The position numbers and the translations under genes are program-made. A stretch of 64,000 nucleotides of DNA, taken from positions 1 to 64,000 of the forward strand of contig JABCSY010000005.1 of the NCBI GenBank assembly GCA_018238625.1. The letters run 5' to 3'. Of the stretch, positions 39,049 to 48,353 are shown piece by piece (position 1 is the first letter of the stretch; each line of letters begins with the position of its first letter). Below the pieces are notes generated by a model that saw only the letters and a list, made by a program, of their open reading frames with translations, was not told the DNA's origin and made no database searches. This stretch comes from Promethearchaeota archaeon. Its GTDB lineage: Archaea > Asgardarchaeota > Lokiarchaeia > Sigyniarchaeales > SOKP01.

Positions 39049-40836
39049 ATGAAATCAAAAAACACAAGAAATACTATATTAATTTCTGTTTTTATAGCAA
39101 TACTCGCAATAAATATTGGATTCGTTTTTACTAATTTACCATTTTCAAAAGCAACCAACCAACCAACCTTTCTTGAGGGTTTAAAAACATCGGCAACTCA
39201 TAATAGCACAATAGCGATTGATGATGCTAATCCTGCTAGTGATTGGGCAACTTGGAAAGCTGCAGGTCTTTGTACTGGTACAGGGACATCTGGAGATCCT
39301 TACATTATAAGCAATGATTTGTTTAATACAACTACTGGTAGTGAATGTTTATCTATTCGAAATTCTAGAAAACACTTTCGAGTTCTTAATTGTGAGTTTA
39401 TAATATCTGGTTTTAGCGCAGGAATTTGGCTTGATAATACCACGAACGGGTTAATTGAAGGTAATCAATTGCCAAGGAATATTTTTGCAAATATTTTGGC
39501 TAATAACTGTAGTCAAATAACTCTAAGGGACAATAATTGTTCAGCAAGCGTATATGGTATAGCTATTAGTAATTCAGAACATGTAAATTTATATTCTAAC
39601 ATTGTTAATGACAGCTTCGGTGATGGTATTAACCTTGATAATTGCGAGAGTTTTATTATTGAAGATAATGATGTAATAGAAAATGATGGTAATGGGATAA
39701 TCCTCGATGATTGCGATTTCGTTACAATTAGGACTAATACTATTATAAATAATACTATTGGCATTGATAACGAAATCTCAAATAATACGCAAGTATTAGG
39801 TAATACAATTACAAATAACGATAATCATGGGATTCAAATTTTTCAGAGTCATTGGTGTGAAATTTCAGGAAATACGATTACGGAAAGTAGTAATGATGGA
39901 ATCAGAGTTGAACAAAGCGATTATAACATGTTTGAATCCAATACGGTAAACGATAATTACTACGGAATCCATCTTATGACATCATCAGAATTTAATACAA
40001 TTTCAAAAAATACAGTCAATAATAATCAGGACGATGGTATATTCTTAGATAATGTGGATTATAATCTCATCGATCAAAACATTATCAATCACAATGGAGG
40101 CGAAGGATTTTGGACTACAAATGGCGATCATATGATAATATCGGGTAATACAGCTTATAATAACACGGGATTTGGTCTACGATTCAATACGGGCAATAAT
40201 ATTACCATCACCGATAACGAAGCATATGAAAATACTCAAACTGGAATAAGGTTGTATTCGATAGATGATTCAAAGGTTGAAAATAATTTTGCGCATCATA
40301 ACGATCAGGATGGTATCAGAATAAGATCTGGAAGCGAAAGAACTGTCGTAAAAGGGAATGTAGCTATATTTAATAATTACAGCGGGATCTACATCTTTGA
40401 TAGCTGTGACCATATTACCGTATACCAAAATACCGCATCCAACAATGAAGAGCACGGAATTTATCTCGAAGGTTCAGTTAATGTCGTTATCACCAATAAT
40501 ATTGCCAATACAAATAAAATGAACGGAATCTATCTGAGAACAAGCGATGGCAATTCTATCATAGGTAACACAGCTAATGGCAATGTCAATGGTACTAATC
40601 TACAATCAAGTGATAATAATGTTATAATTGGGAACACGTTTCTTAATAATGTTTATTGCTACAATGAAACTGCCAGCACAAATAATCTCTTCTCAGACAA
40701 TATTTGTACAGCTCCATCGGTACCTGCAGCTGGATTAGACCCCTTTATCCTTGGATTGATTATCGGATTAGCTATTGGATTAGGAGCTCTAGCAGCAGTA
40801 TTAATTATAAGTTTAGCTCGAGGAAGGAAAAAGTAA
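39049..40836 (+). CDS. Parallel beta-helix surface protein, paralogue 2
   Basis: Same architecture; N-terminal part nearly identical to paralogue 1. Confidence 0.88.
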   Translation: MKSKNTRNTILISVFIAILAINIGFVFTNLPFSKATNQPTFLEGLKTSATHNSTIAIDDANPASDWATWKAAGLCTGTGTSGDPYIISNDLFNTTTGSECLSIRNSRKHFRVLNCEFIISGFSAGIWLDNTTNGLIEGNQLPRNIFANILANNCSQITLRDNNCSASVYGIAISNSEHVNLYSNIVNDSFGDGINLDNCESFIIEDNDVIENDGNGIILDDCDFVTIRTNTIINNTIGIDNEISNNTQVLGNTITNNDNHGIQIFQSHWCEISGNTITESSNDGIRVEQSDYNMFESNTVNDNYYGIHLMTSSEFNTISKNTVNNNQDDGIFLDNVDYNLIDQNIINHNGGEGFWTTNGDHMIISGNTAYNNTGFGLRFNTGNNITITDNEAYENTQTGIRLYSIDDSKVENNFAHHNDQDGIRIRSGSERTVVKGNVAIFNNYSGIYIFDSCDHITVYQNTASNNEEHGIYLEGSVNVVITNNIANTNKMNGIYLRTSDGNSIIGNTANGNVNGTNLQSSDNNVIIGNTFLNNVYCYNETASTNNLFSDNICTAPSVPAAGLDPFILGLIIGLAIGLGALAAVLIISLARGRKK

Positions 40837-40926
40837 TAATTCTCACTTTTTTTTATTTTTTAATTTTAATTTTTTACATACAAATTTAATTGATATACTT
40901 ATTATTTTTATAACTTCTGTGGTATT

Positions 40927-41247
40927 ATGACTGTTAAAACAACGGTAACAATTGATAGTGATCTACGCAAAATGATTAAGAAACTAGCTGCATGGTTAGA
41001 TATATCCCAAGGAGAAGTGATCAAACGAGCTATAGCGGAATATGAAAAAATCATTATTAATAAAGACATTCCAGGTACAAGCAATGCTAGTATTAAAAAG
41101 GAAATAGATAAAATCCTTCAAGCAGCAACGGATGCGGTTTGGAAAGATGACATAAAAACTAAAGAAATCCAAGAAAAATTAAAGAAAGGTCCTAGTTCTA
41201 TTGATGAAATTATTCTAAACAATTGGGATTTTGGGTTGGAAATTTGA
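40927..41247 (+). CDS. Ribbon-helix-helix (CopG-like) antitoxin
   Basis: KTTVTIDSDLRKMIKKLAAWLDISQGEVIKRAI, directly upstream of a PIN gene. Confidence 0.75.
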   Translation: MTVKTTVTIDSDLRKMIKKLAAWLDISQGEVIKRAIAEYEKIIINKDIPGTSNASIKKEIDKILQAATDAVWKDDIKTKEIQEKLKKGPSSIDEIILNNWDFGLEI

Positions 41248-41261
41248 GTAAAAGAATAATT

Positions 41262-41465
41262 ATGGAGAATGAGGAAAAATTAAAAAAGATCGCAATTGAT
41301 TCTAATATCTTCCGCAATCTAAATTTTATTAATTATCTGAGAATAAATAAAACGAAAATCCAAGTTTATATTCCTTCCATTGTGAGTTTCGAACTTGGCT
41401 ATTATTTTCTCACTAAAGGTATTACTTGGGAAGATTTCCTCAAAGAAATACAAACCTTGATTTGA
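41262..41465 (+). pseudogene. Truncated PIN/VapC toxin (N-terminal half)
   Basis: IAIDSNIF...IPSIVSFEL; stops after 67 aa, lacking the C-terminal acidic residues. Confidence 0.75.
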
Positions 41466-41587
41466 TATCTTATAGTAAAAACCACTTTAAGTGGCTTAAG
41501 CGGATTTCAATCCAATCACCAGAGGAATTTGTTTTAGAAAGGAGTAAAAAGTAATAATTTTTTAAATAAGTATTGAAAACATAGTTA

Positions 41588-41631
41588 ATTTTTCAATTGG
41601 GTAATTTTATTCCTCAATCATATTTAAATAC
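41588..41631 (+). promoter_or_regulatory. Conserved 44-bp promoter block, second copy
   Basis: Matches 38946-38989. Confidence 0.75.
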
Positions 41632-41689
41632 CAAAATTTTCATAATACCATAACACCAAATATAATATAAAATTAGAGAGTGAAAAAAA

Positions 41690-43201
41690 ATGAAATCTAT
41701 AAACAAACAGTTTGTCCTTTTAATCACGATATTATTAGCGTTACCAATAGTAAATATCAATCTCAGTATGTCAAACCTAGCATCTGTACAAGATCTTGGA
41801 CACAAAGACTTTTTTGAAAACTTAAAATCCTCCACAATACATAACAACTCTATCTTTATCGACGATGATAATCCATTAATGGATTGGGCAAATAGAAGCG
41901 CTGAAGGAATCTGTACTGGCTCGGGGACACTTGCAGATCCTTATTTAATAAGTAATGATGTTTTTGACGTTGCACCAGACGCAATCGCTCTATATATACG
42001 AGATTCACGAAAACATTTTAAAGTTGTAAATTGTGATTTTATATCGGCGACAATGGAAGCAATTTTTCTGTTTAATACTACAAATGGTATATTCGAAGGT
42101 AACCAAATAACTGGTTTTAACTATGGAATAGATGTTAATAATTGTACAGATCTTACATTTAGAAATAACAATTGTTCATCAGGGGATATTGGTTTTCTTA
42201 TTCAAAATTCAAAAGATTTATCATTTATCTCTAATGATGCTAATGGAAATCTTTTTGATGGTTTTGATCTCAATAGCTGTGATAATAGTTTATTTGAAGA
42301 TAATACTGTGAACGAAAACGGTGATAAAGGATTTGATGTTTTCACATGTAACTCAATTATTTTTCGAGATAATACGGCTAACAATAATGATGATGATGGA
42401 ATTTATATTAATAACTGTGATTATAATCAACTTATAGATAACACATGCAATCATAACGGAGACGAAGGAGCGTTTGTAACAAATAGTGATCACATTATTT
42501 TCTCTGGTGGAACGCTTTACAATAATACCGGACATGGATTACGTGTAAATGTTGGAAGAAATATAACGCTTTCTGGTAACCATGTTTACCATAATTACGA
42601 AAACGGAATCAGATTGTACAGCGTAGATCAATCCTTAATTGAGAATAATAATGCGCATGACAATAATTGGGATGGAATAAGGATAAGAAATGGATGTGAG
42701 CAAAATATAGTACAAAACAATTTAGCTCGATATAACAATCTGAGTGGTATTTACCTATATAGCTCTACTTCCAACAATTTAATATACGATAATACTGCTT
42801 CTTATAATGAAGAACATGGCATTTCTCTTGCATCAGCAGATGATAATATCCTTTTAGCTAACGAGGCAAATAACAACGATGAGAATGGTATTCATTTACT
42901 TAATAGCATTGGGAATACTCTTATGAGTAACACTGCGAATAACAATAATAATGGAACTTATCTGGAAACAAGTAATAATAATATTGTATTAAATAATATA
43001 TTTCTAGGAAACGACGTTTGTTACAACGAAACAGGCAGTACTGGTAATATTTTTAAAGATAATATATGTACTTCTGCAGAACTCCCTACAGTTCCATTAG
43101 ATCCTTTCATTCTAGGATTAATCTTTGGTCTAGGCATCGGTCTTGGAGCTTTGGCTGCGGTATTGCTAATATTCTTTTTACGAGGAAGAAAGAGGGAATA
43201 A
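41690..43201 (+). CDS. Parallel beta-helix surface protein, paralogue 3
   Basis: GSGTLADPYLI, N-rich coils, same C-terminal TM anchor. Confidence 0.88.
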   Translation: MKSINKQFVLLITILLALPIVNINLSMSNLASVQDLGHKDFFENLKSSTIHNNSIFIDDDNPLMDWANRSAEGICTGSGTLADPYLISNDVFDVAPDAIALYIRDSRKHFKVVNCDFISATMEAIFLFNTTNGIFEGNQITGFNYGIDVNNCTDLTFRNNNCSSGDIGFLIQNSKDLSFISNDANGNLFDGFDLNSCDNSLFEDNTVNENGDKGFDVFTCNSIIFRDNTANNNDDDGIYINNCDYNQLIDNTCNHNGDEGAFVTNSDHIIFSGGTLYNNTGHGLRVNVGRNITLSGNHVYHNYENGIRLYSVDQSLIENNNAHDNNWDGIRIRNGCEQNIVQNNLARYNNLSGIYLYSSTSNNLIYDNTASYNEEHGISLASADDNILLANEANNNDENGIHLLNSIGNTLMSNTANNNNNGTYLETSNNNIVLNNIFLGNDVCYNETGSTGNIFKDNICTSAELPTVPLDPFILGLIFGLGIGLGALAAVLLIFFLRGRKRE

Positions 43202-43219
43202 ATCTTTTTTCATCAATTT

Positions 43220-43975
43220 TTATTTATCTTTTTTTTTTAATATTTTTCCTACTACCCCAACATATATAGTAGTTTCATTTTTTCCATCGATTTCGAGTAA
43301 TTGATTTAACTCATCATCATATAAAGCACCAATCGTACAAGCTCCTAAACCAAGCGCTTCAGCAATCAGATAAAAATTCTGTCCAATGTGCCCAGCATCT
43401 AAATAAATGTATCTATAACACCTCTGTAAATACTTCCATTGAGAGCGATCAATTACAGCGGTCCAAATAAAGTTCACAGCTGAAGTATAAGCCATATTTT
43501 GACCAAGACACCCCTCAGCCACATTACTTCTAAAATCTCCTTCTTTTAATAAATCTAACGAATGTTCTTGAATGTTATAATGGTAAACTCCTTTTTCTAA
43601 ACTGGTAACTTTATTAACTACAGGGTAGATTTCGATGGGATATAAACCGCCCGCCGATGGGACCGTTCTAAAAGCATACTGAGGAAAAGTCCTGTTTAAC
43701 CCCGCCATTCCAAACAAGAGCAAACTGAGATCTATTAACGATAATGGTTTTTCAGTGAACATCCTTGTTGAGTGCCGATCTTTGATTACTCTCCAAAAAT
43801 CAATCGTTTTCTCAAAATCAGGTTTTGGAAGTTCGATTTGTGTTATTGCGTTCGGATATGTCTTATATGTTTTCGGCTTTCTCGACCAATCTAAAACGTG
43901 TTGGGGCATTTTGCTTCTAACATATTTGGATTTTTGCTGAAAATTATTTCCATAATGTTCTGAATCTTTTTCCAT
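43220..43975 (-). CDS. SagB/ThcOx-family nitroreductase-like flavoprotein
   Basis: RHSTR, RTVPSAGGLYP, LDAGHIGQNFYL. Confidence 0.9.
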   Translation of the reverse strand: MEKDSEHYGNNFQQKSKYVRSKMPQHVLDWSRKPKTYKTYPNAITQIELPKPDFEKTIDFWRVIKDRHSTRMFTEKPLSLIDLSLLLFGMAGLNRTFPQYAFRTVPSAGGLYPIEIYPVVNKVTSLEKGVYHYNIQEHSLDLLKEGDFRSNVAEGCLGQNMAYTSAVNFIWTAVIDRSQWKYLQRCYRYIYLDAGHIGQNFYLIAEALGLGACTIGALYDDELNQLLEIDGKNETTIYVGVVGKILKKKDK

Positions 43976-44033
43976 AAGTTAAATGATTAAAACATCATTA
44001 AAAACTTTAAAGTAATAAATTAAAAAATTGGTT

Positions 44034-44627
44034 CTAACGGCTAAAAAGCTTCCATTGAACGAAATCCTCATCATATTCCTCGAACTTGAGACCTCGTATG
44101 AAATTGTAAGATGTTTTATTATCTTTATACACCTTACATCGTAATTCTTTCACTCCCTTCTTCTTAAAATAATCCCAGCTTGCTAAACCTAACATTGTTC
44201 CTAATCCCTTTCTTTGTAATTCTGGAAGTATTCCCAAACCCGCGATAACACTAATTTTTCTATCTGTTCCTGTAAAATAGATCAAGGCAAATCCACTGTC
44301 TTTTCCATCAATTTTAGCGATTAGGAAGATTACATTTTCATCTTTGAGCATTTTAACTATATTTTCTTTATCTAAAGGTCTATACGGCATTGGGGCCGAA
44401 TGCCATGCGAGATCATGAAGCTTGATTAAACTATCAATATCTTCCATGTTTGCTTCCCGAATCTCAGTTTTTAGTATCCCTTGAGATACTTTCTGTTTAA
44501 TACTTTGTTCAAATTCAGGAGTTATATTTGACACTAGAAGACGCATCTGAATAAAGTCAATATCTTTATTACCTAAACTTTTTATATCAGCTGATAATTT
44601 ATGGATAAAAGATTTTATTCTTCCCAT
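44034..44627 (-). CDS. GNAT family N-acetyltransferase
   Basis: ILPELQRKGLGT motif A; N..SYNF..LKF. Confidence 0.85.
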   Translation of the reverse strand: MGRIKSFIHKLSADIKSLGNKDIDFIQMRLLVSNITPEFEQSIKQKVSQGILKTEIREANMEDIDSLIKLHDLAWHSAPMPYRPLDKENIVKMLKDENVIFLIAKIDGKDSGFALIYFTGTDRKISVIAGLGILPELQRKGLGTMLGLASWDYFKKKGVKELRCKVYKDNKTSYNFIRGLKFEEYDEDFVQWKLFSR

Positions 44628-44724
44628 TTATCTCATCTTAAGATATTATCTTCAAATATTATTCTCGAATCATATCAATATAATAAGTTGATCTAGGTTT
44701 TTAAAATATTTAAATATCCATCCT

Positions 44725-44888
44725 TAAATGTTTATGTTTAGTCTTAATGAAATCAGTTGTTCATAAAATAAATAAAAAAATAAAAAGTAAATAAAAGTTT
44801 TGTAGTTTTATTTTACTGACTCAAAATACATTAACCATTGCTCGTCATCTTCGAGAAAATCGGTTCCTAAATGTTTATGTTTAGTCTT
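44725..44888. repeat. 21-bp exact direct repeat TAAATGTTTATGTTTAGTCTT (44725-44745 and 44868-44888)
   Basis: Read directly; encodes KTKHKHL on the minus strand in both copies. Confidence 0.85.
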
Positions 44889-44921
44889 TGCTAAGTCACG
44901 TGGAACTGATGTATCTGACAT
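44808..44921 (-). CDS. 37-aa peptide at the end of the sulfur-relay operon (not in ORF track)
   Basis: MSDTSVPRDLAKTKHKHLGTDFLEDDEQWLMYFESVK*; co-oriented, 63 bp after dsrE2. Confidence 0.55.
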   Translation of the reverse strand: MSDTSVPRDLAKTKHKHLGTDFLEDDEQWLMYFESVK

Positions 44922-44984
44922 TTTTTTACCATCTTTTTTACTATTTAATTATCTCGAATAAAAAAAAAAAAATTAGAATAGTAT

Positions 44985-45410
44985 CTATAACGATACCACT
45001 TTTGCTCCTTCGCTAATTTCCATGAAACCTGCTGCTCCAATTGGATCCTCAACAAAGTCCCACATTTGTTCCCTTTTTATACCCATTAAATCCATAGTCA
45101 TTTGACATGGGTAAAGCTTTAATTTACCGTCTTCAACTGCGTCCTTGATTAATTCCCAAGGATTATCAATCCCAAATTTCTTTAATCTTTTCCTAAACAT
45201 CATAGCACCCATCCCCTTCATTGCGGTTGGCATGCCATTTGCTTTAGGCTTAAACTTTCTTTTTAAGAGGCTTAAACCCCAAAAGGTAAAGAAAAAGTTC
45301 ATTTCTTCGTCCATTGCTGCTCCAGTAGTTCCAAGAATAGTCGCCATCATAAATTTTTCGAAGGATTTATCACTTACAATAAAACTCATTTTTTCAGCCA
45401 TTTTAAACAC
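44985..45410 (-). CDS. DsrE2 (DsrE/DsrF/DrsH-like) sulfurtransferase
   Basis: FFTFWGL, LYPCQMTMDLMG, GAAGF. Confidence 0.88.
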   Translation of the reverse strand: MFKMAEKMSFIVSDKSFEKFMMATILGTTGAAMDEEMNFFFTFWGLSLLKRKFKPKANGMPTAMKGMGAMMFRKRLKKFGIDNPWELIKDAVEDGKLKLYPCQMTMDLMGIKREQMWDFVEDPIGAAGFMEISEGAKVVSL

Positions 45411-45513
45411 TTTTTTTTTCTGTTTTTTTTTTATATTTTTTTTATTTTCAATAAATTTTTAACTAAATTCTCTTGATATGGTATTAAAAAATCTTAATTA
45501 TTGTCTCGGACTA

Positions 45514-45864
45514 TTACATCCAAGATACTATTTTTAACTTATTGTCTAAAAGATCTATTAAGTCGTCGTATTCAATAGGTTTAATTTTTTCGTGCGTTTG
45601 TTCCAAGTTTATTCCACGAGCCTTCAAATCGGGAATCATCGCATATAATGTAACTTTCAAGCTGAGAAGCTCTTCCATTGCTTCTGTAATTCTACCTCTC
45701 TTATTAATGCCAATAACCCCATCGTGGATTAAAACTATTCCAATTTGGCTCCCTTTTTTAATCTGACCTTTCAATATAGGTAATAATCGCTCTAAATGGT
45801 TCCCTGTAATTTCGCTAAACCCAAATAAATATAAAAATTTAAATTCACTTAATTCTTGCGTCAT
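45514..45864 (-). CDS. DsrH/TusB family sulfur-relay protein
   Basis: VLIHDGV, DLKARGI, IEYDDLIDL, terminal SWM. Confidence 0.85.
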   Translation of the reverse strand: MTQELSEFKFLYLFGFSEITGNHLERLLPILKGQIKKGSQIGIVLIHDGVIGINKRGRITEAMEELLSLKVTLYAMIPDLKARGINLEQTHEKIKPIEYDDLIDLLDNKLKIVSWM

Positions 45865-45879
45865 TTTTATATTCCTCCG

Positions 45880-46248
45880 TTAAAACCTAAAGCAGGTGTC
45901 TGCTTGTTCGATTAAATCGATTAATTCGTCAATACTAATGACTTTTAAATTCTCGTATTCTATTAAATCTTCAAATGTTAAGCCAGCATCTTTTAACGAT
46001 TTATCTAAAACATATAATTCTAAGTCAGATAAGTCTGCTATTTCAAGAAACTCATCTACGGGGTCCATACCAACGACTGTAGGCTTAGCGTGTTTGTTTA
46101 AAAGATAAACCGCGTCTCCAGTGAAAACTATTTGGCAATTGATAGATTCTCCAAGAGCTACAAATCCCGAACCAATCCGAATCGCTTCAGCAGCAGAATT
46201 CTTGCCCGTAGGTGATTGATCGGCTATAATTACAACAGATTCTACCAT
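45880..46248 (-). CDS. DsrF/TusC family protein
   Basis: QSP.G...AAEAIR, VFTGDAVY, LYVLDKSL...GL. Confidence 0.8.
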   Translation of the reverse strand: MVESVVIIADQSPTGKNSAAEAIRIGSGFVALGESINCQIVFTGDAVYLLNKHAKPTVVGMDPVDEFLEIADLSDLELYVLDKSLKDAGLTFEDLIEYENLKVISIDELIDLIEQADTCFRF

Positions 46249-46253
46249 AGTTT

Positions 46254-46622
46254 TTAACCCCCCGTTCCGAAAACAATTAATTTATCTGAATCGATCGCCC
46301 AATTTGAGAAATCTCCTAATCCCTCTTCGGTAGCTCCATCTATGAAATTGCTTTCATTTAACCCTGTAAGACTAACCCAAGTACTACAACCGACAACTGG
46401 TATATTGTTTTCACCGCAAAAATCTTGTAACTTCTTTGGAATGTTCCTGATTGTAGTGCCACTGCTAATGTCTTTCTTTAGGTTGTATACTCCCGAGCCG
46501 TAAAAGAATAATCCCTTGACCGTATTTCCCTTCCTAATAATAGCTTTGCAAATCTCAATTAAAGAATCAACAGCTTCAAATTTATAGGGTTCTGTGCTAA
46601 TAAAGAAAACATATTTAGACAT
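46254..46622 (-). CDS. DsrE/TusD family sulfurtransferase
   Basis: EPY, FFYGSGVYN, VGCSTW (active Cys), GLGDF...SDKLIVF. Confidence 0.85.
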   Translation of the reverse strand: MSKYVFFISTEPYKFEAVDSLIEICKAIIRKGNTVKGLFFYGSGVYNLKKDISSGTTIRNIPKKLQDFCGENNIPVVGCSTWVSLTGLNESNFIDGATEEGLGDFSNWAIDSDKLIVFGTGG

Positions 46623-46651
46623 AATAATATCCTTACTCCATATAATGCGTT

Positions 46652-46885
46652 TTAAGCCTTTTTAATGACAAAAATTAAGTTTCCATTATCTTCTCGAAGT
46701 TCGACTAATTCGTCGCCTATTTTAGTAAGAAGCGCTGGAATGTCCTTCTTCGCTCCAACATCGTCAACGATTACTTCTATTATTTGTCCTGAAGTCAAAC
46801 TTTTCAATTCTTTTTTAGTTTTCAAAACTGGTAACGGACATTTTAAACCAGTATAATCAACTGTTTTATCAGCCATTTTTTTCAC
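46652..46885 (-). CDS. tusA: Sulfurtransferase TusA family protein
   Basis: VDYTGLKCPLPVLKTKK, DD.GAKKDIP. Confidence 0.92.
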   Translation of the reverse strand: MKKMADKTVDYTGLKCPLPVLKTKKELKSLTSGQIIEVIVDDVGAKKDIPALLTKIGDELVELREDNGNLIFVIKKA

Positions 46886-47026
46886 TTTTAATAGTTATTT
46901 TATCTATTTTTTTTTATTTTGATATCAAAATAAATTAATTTATGATATCTTTGTAGTAAAGAAATATGAAATAATATTTAAATAGTAGTTTTCTTAACTA
47001 TAATATATTGATTTATTAATAAAAAA

Positions 47027-47054
47027 TCACTAAAGTAAAGTGAGATTTTAGTGA
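47027..47054. promoter_or_regulatory. Inverted repeat TCACTAAA-N12-TTTAGTGA between tusA and the divergent Lrp gene
   Basis: Perfect 8-bp arms in the divergent intergenic region. Confidence 0.4.
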
Positions 47055-47171
47055 AAAAAATATAAGTAATAAAAACTTAATAAAGCTTTAGAGAACTAAA
47101 TTTCTAAAAAAATGTAAAAAAATAAGAAAAAAATAGTTAAAAATAATTTAAATTAAAATGGGCTTAATAAC

Positions 47172-47672
47172 ATGACAACAACAAATATAAATCGTTCAGA
47201 GATTGACGAATTTGATAGGAACATTTTAGATTTACTACAAAATGATGCAAAAATTACAATAAAAGAGATTTCTGATAAAGTTGGAAAAAGTCCGACTGCT
47301 ATAAGGTCTCGAATAGTAAGGTTAGAAGAAAAATATATAAAAAAATACGTAGCTTTAATAGATTGCCGTCAATTAGGATATCGCGAAATGGTAATAGCTT
47401 CATTACGAGTAAACTCTTCTCAGCCTATAGAACGCATTAAGGGACATATTGAAAGTATGGAAAAAATTAAGTATGCTTATGTGGTTACTGGAGAATATCC
47501 TTTATTTATTATGGCAAAATGTCTAAATCATCAAGATTCCATGGGTCTCATTGAAACACTCCGCAATCTTCCAGGAGTAGAAGAAGTTAAGACCCAAATC
47601 GTATTAGATCGTATTAAAGAGGACCATACGATCATAATTCCTGAACCAATAGACAAGGATAAAATTTATTAG
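47172..47672 (+). CDS. Lrp/AsnC family transcriptional regulator
   Basis: IDEFDRNILDLLQNDAK HTH; VTGEY...A RAM domain; LPGVEEVKTQIVL. Confidence 0.92.
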   Translation: MTTTNINRSEIDEFDRNILDLLQNDAKITIKEISDKVGKSPTAIRSRIVRLEEKYIKKYVALIDCRQLGYREMVIASLRVNSSQPIERIKGHIESMEKIKYAYVVTGEYPLFIMAKCLNHQDSMGLIETLRNLPGVEEVKTQIVLDRIKEDHTIIIPEPIDKDKIY

Positions 47673-47793
47673 GATTATGTTATACTTAATAAAGTAAACG
47701 GGCTAATTATCTGGCAAGAATTAAAATCCTGGAAGAGTTTTCTAAAAAAATCAATTTGATACAAAAGATTTAACATTTGGGCAAAAAGCAAAT

Positions 47794-48063
47794 TTATAAT
47801 TTTCTCAACTTTTTAACCTTTTCTTTGTTAATTTGCTTTATTTCCTTAGTTAACTTAAGAAGGGAGGCATTCAATTCACCTCTTTTGGCCTTTAGTACAG
47901 ATAAATTCGAGCCATGAGTTTTTTTTGATTCATGTCTTATTCCTTGTTCAACTTTACTTAATTCTTTGTGCTTAGATGCAAGTTTTGATTCAAGTTCTTT
48001 TAACTTTTTATTGTATTCAGAATGAACTTTTCTAGATAATTCATATCTTGAATTATTTGTCAT
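47794..48063 (-). CDS. Basic coiled-coil protein, paralogue A
   Basis: 89 aa; 58/89 identical without gaps to 58000-58269. Confidence 0.8.
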   Translation of the reverse strand: MTNNSRYELSRKVHSEYNKKLKELESKLASKHKELSKVEQGIRHESKKTHGSNLSVLKAKRGELNASLLKLTKEIKQINKEKVKKLRKL

Positions 48064-48353
48064 AAAATATTCAGATTTATACTTTTATTTAATACTTAAT
48101 TTAAAAGTAGTTAATTTGATTAGATTAAGTTTTATTTTAATATAAGTTTAGAGGAACACAATAGGTATATTAATTGTTTGTGTAATTCTTAATATCTCTT
48201 TTTTTCTTTTTTCATATATTTTCTCTTATGATTAAGACAAGAATTTTATTTTTTATTTAACCAATTTGTCCAAAATGCGATTTAAAATAATGGAAATTTT
48301 AAATACTTCTAAGAATTTAATTATTGAATTTAATTAAAATATTAAATAAAAAA

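Noticed and set aside
41506-41525. ATTTCAATCC resembling a CRISPR repeat end
   Set aside because: Single occurrence with no periodic repeats.
43220-44921. RiPP (azole peptide) cluster from the SagB-like enzyme, GNAT and small peptide
   Set aside because: No YcaO or E1-like cyclodehydratase, and the peptide lacks a Cys/Ser/Thr-rich core; stand-alone SagB-like nitroreductases are common in archaea.
44985-46885. Selenoprotein forms of DsrE/TusA (also OsmC at 2031-2531)
   Set aside because: All active-site positions are Cys codons and the ORFs are full length without internal TGA.
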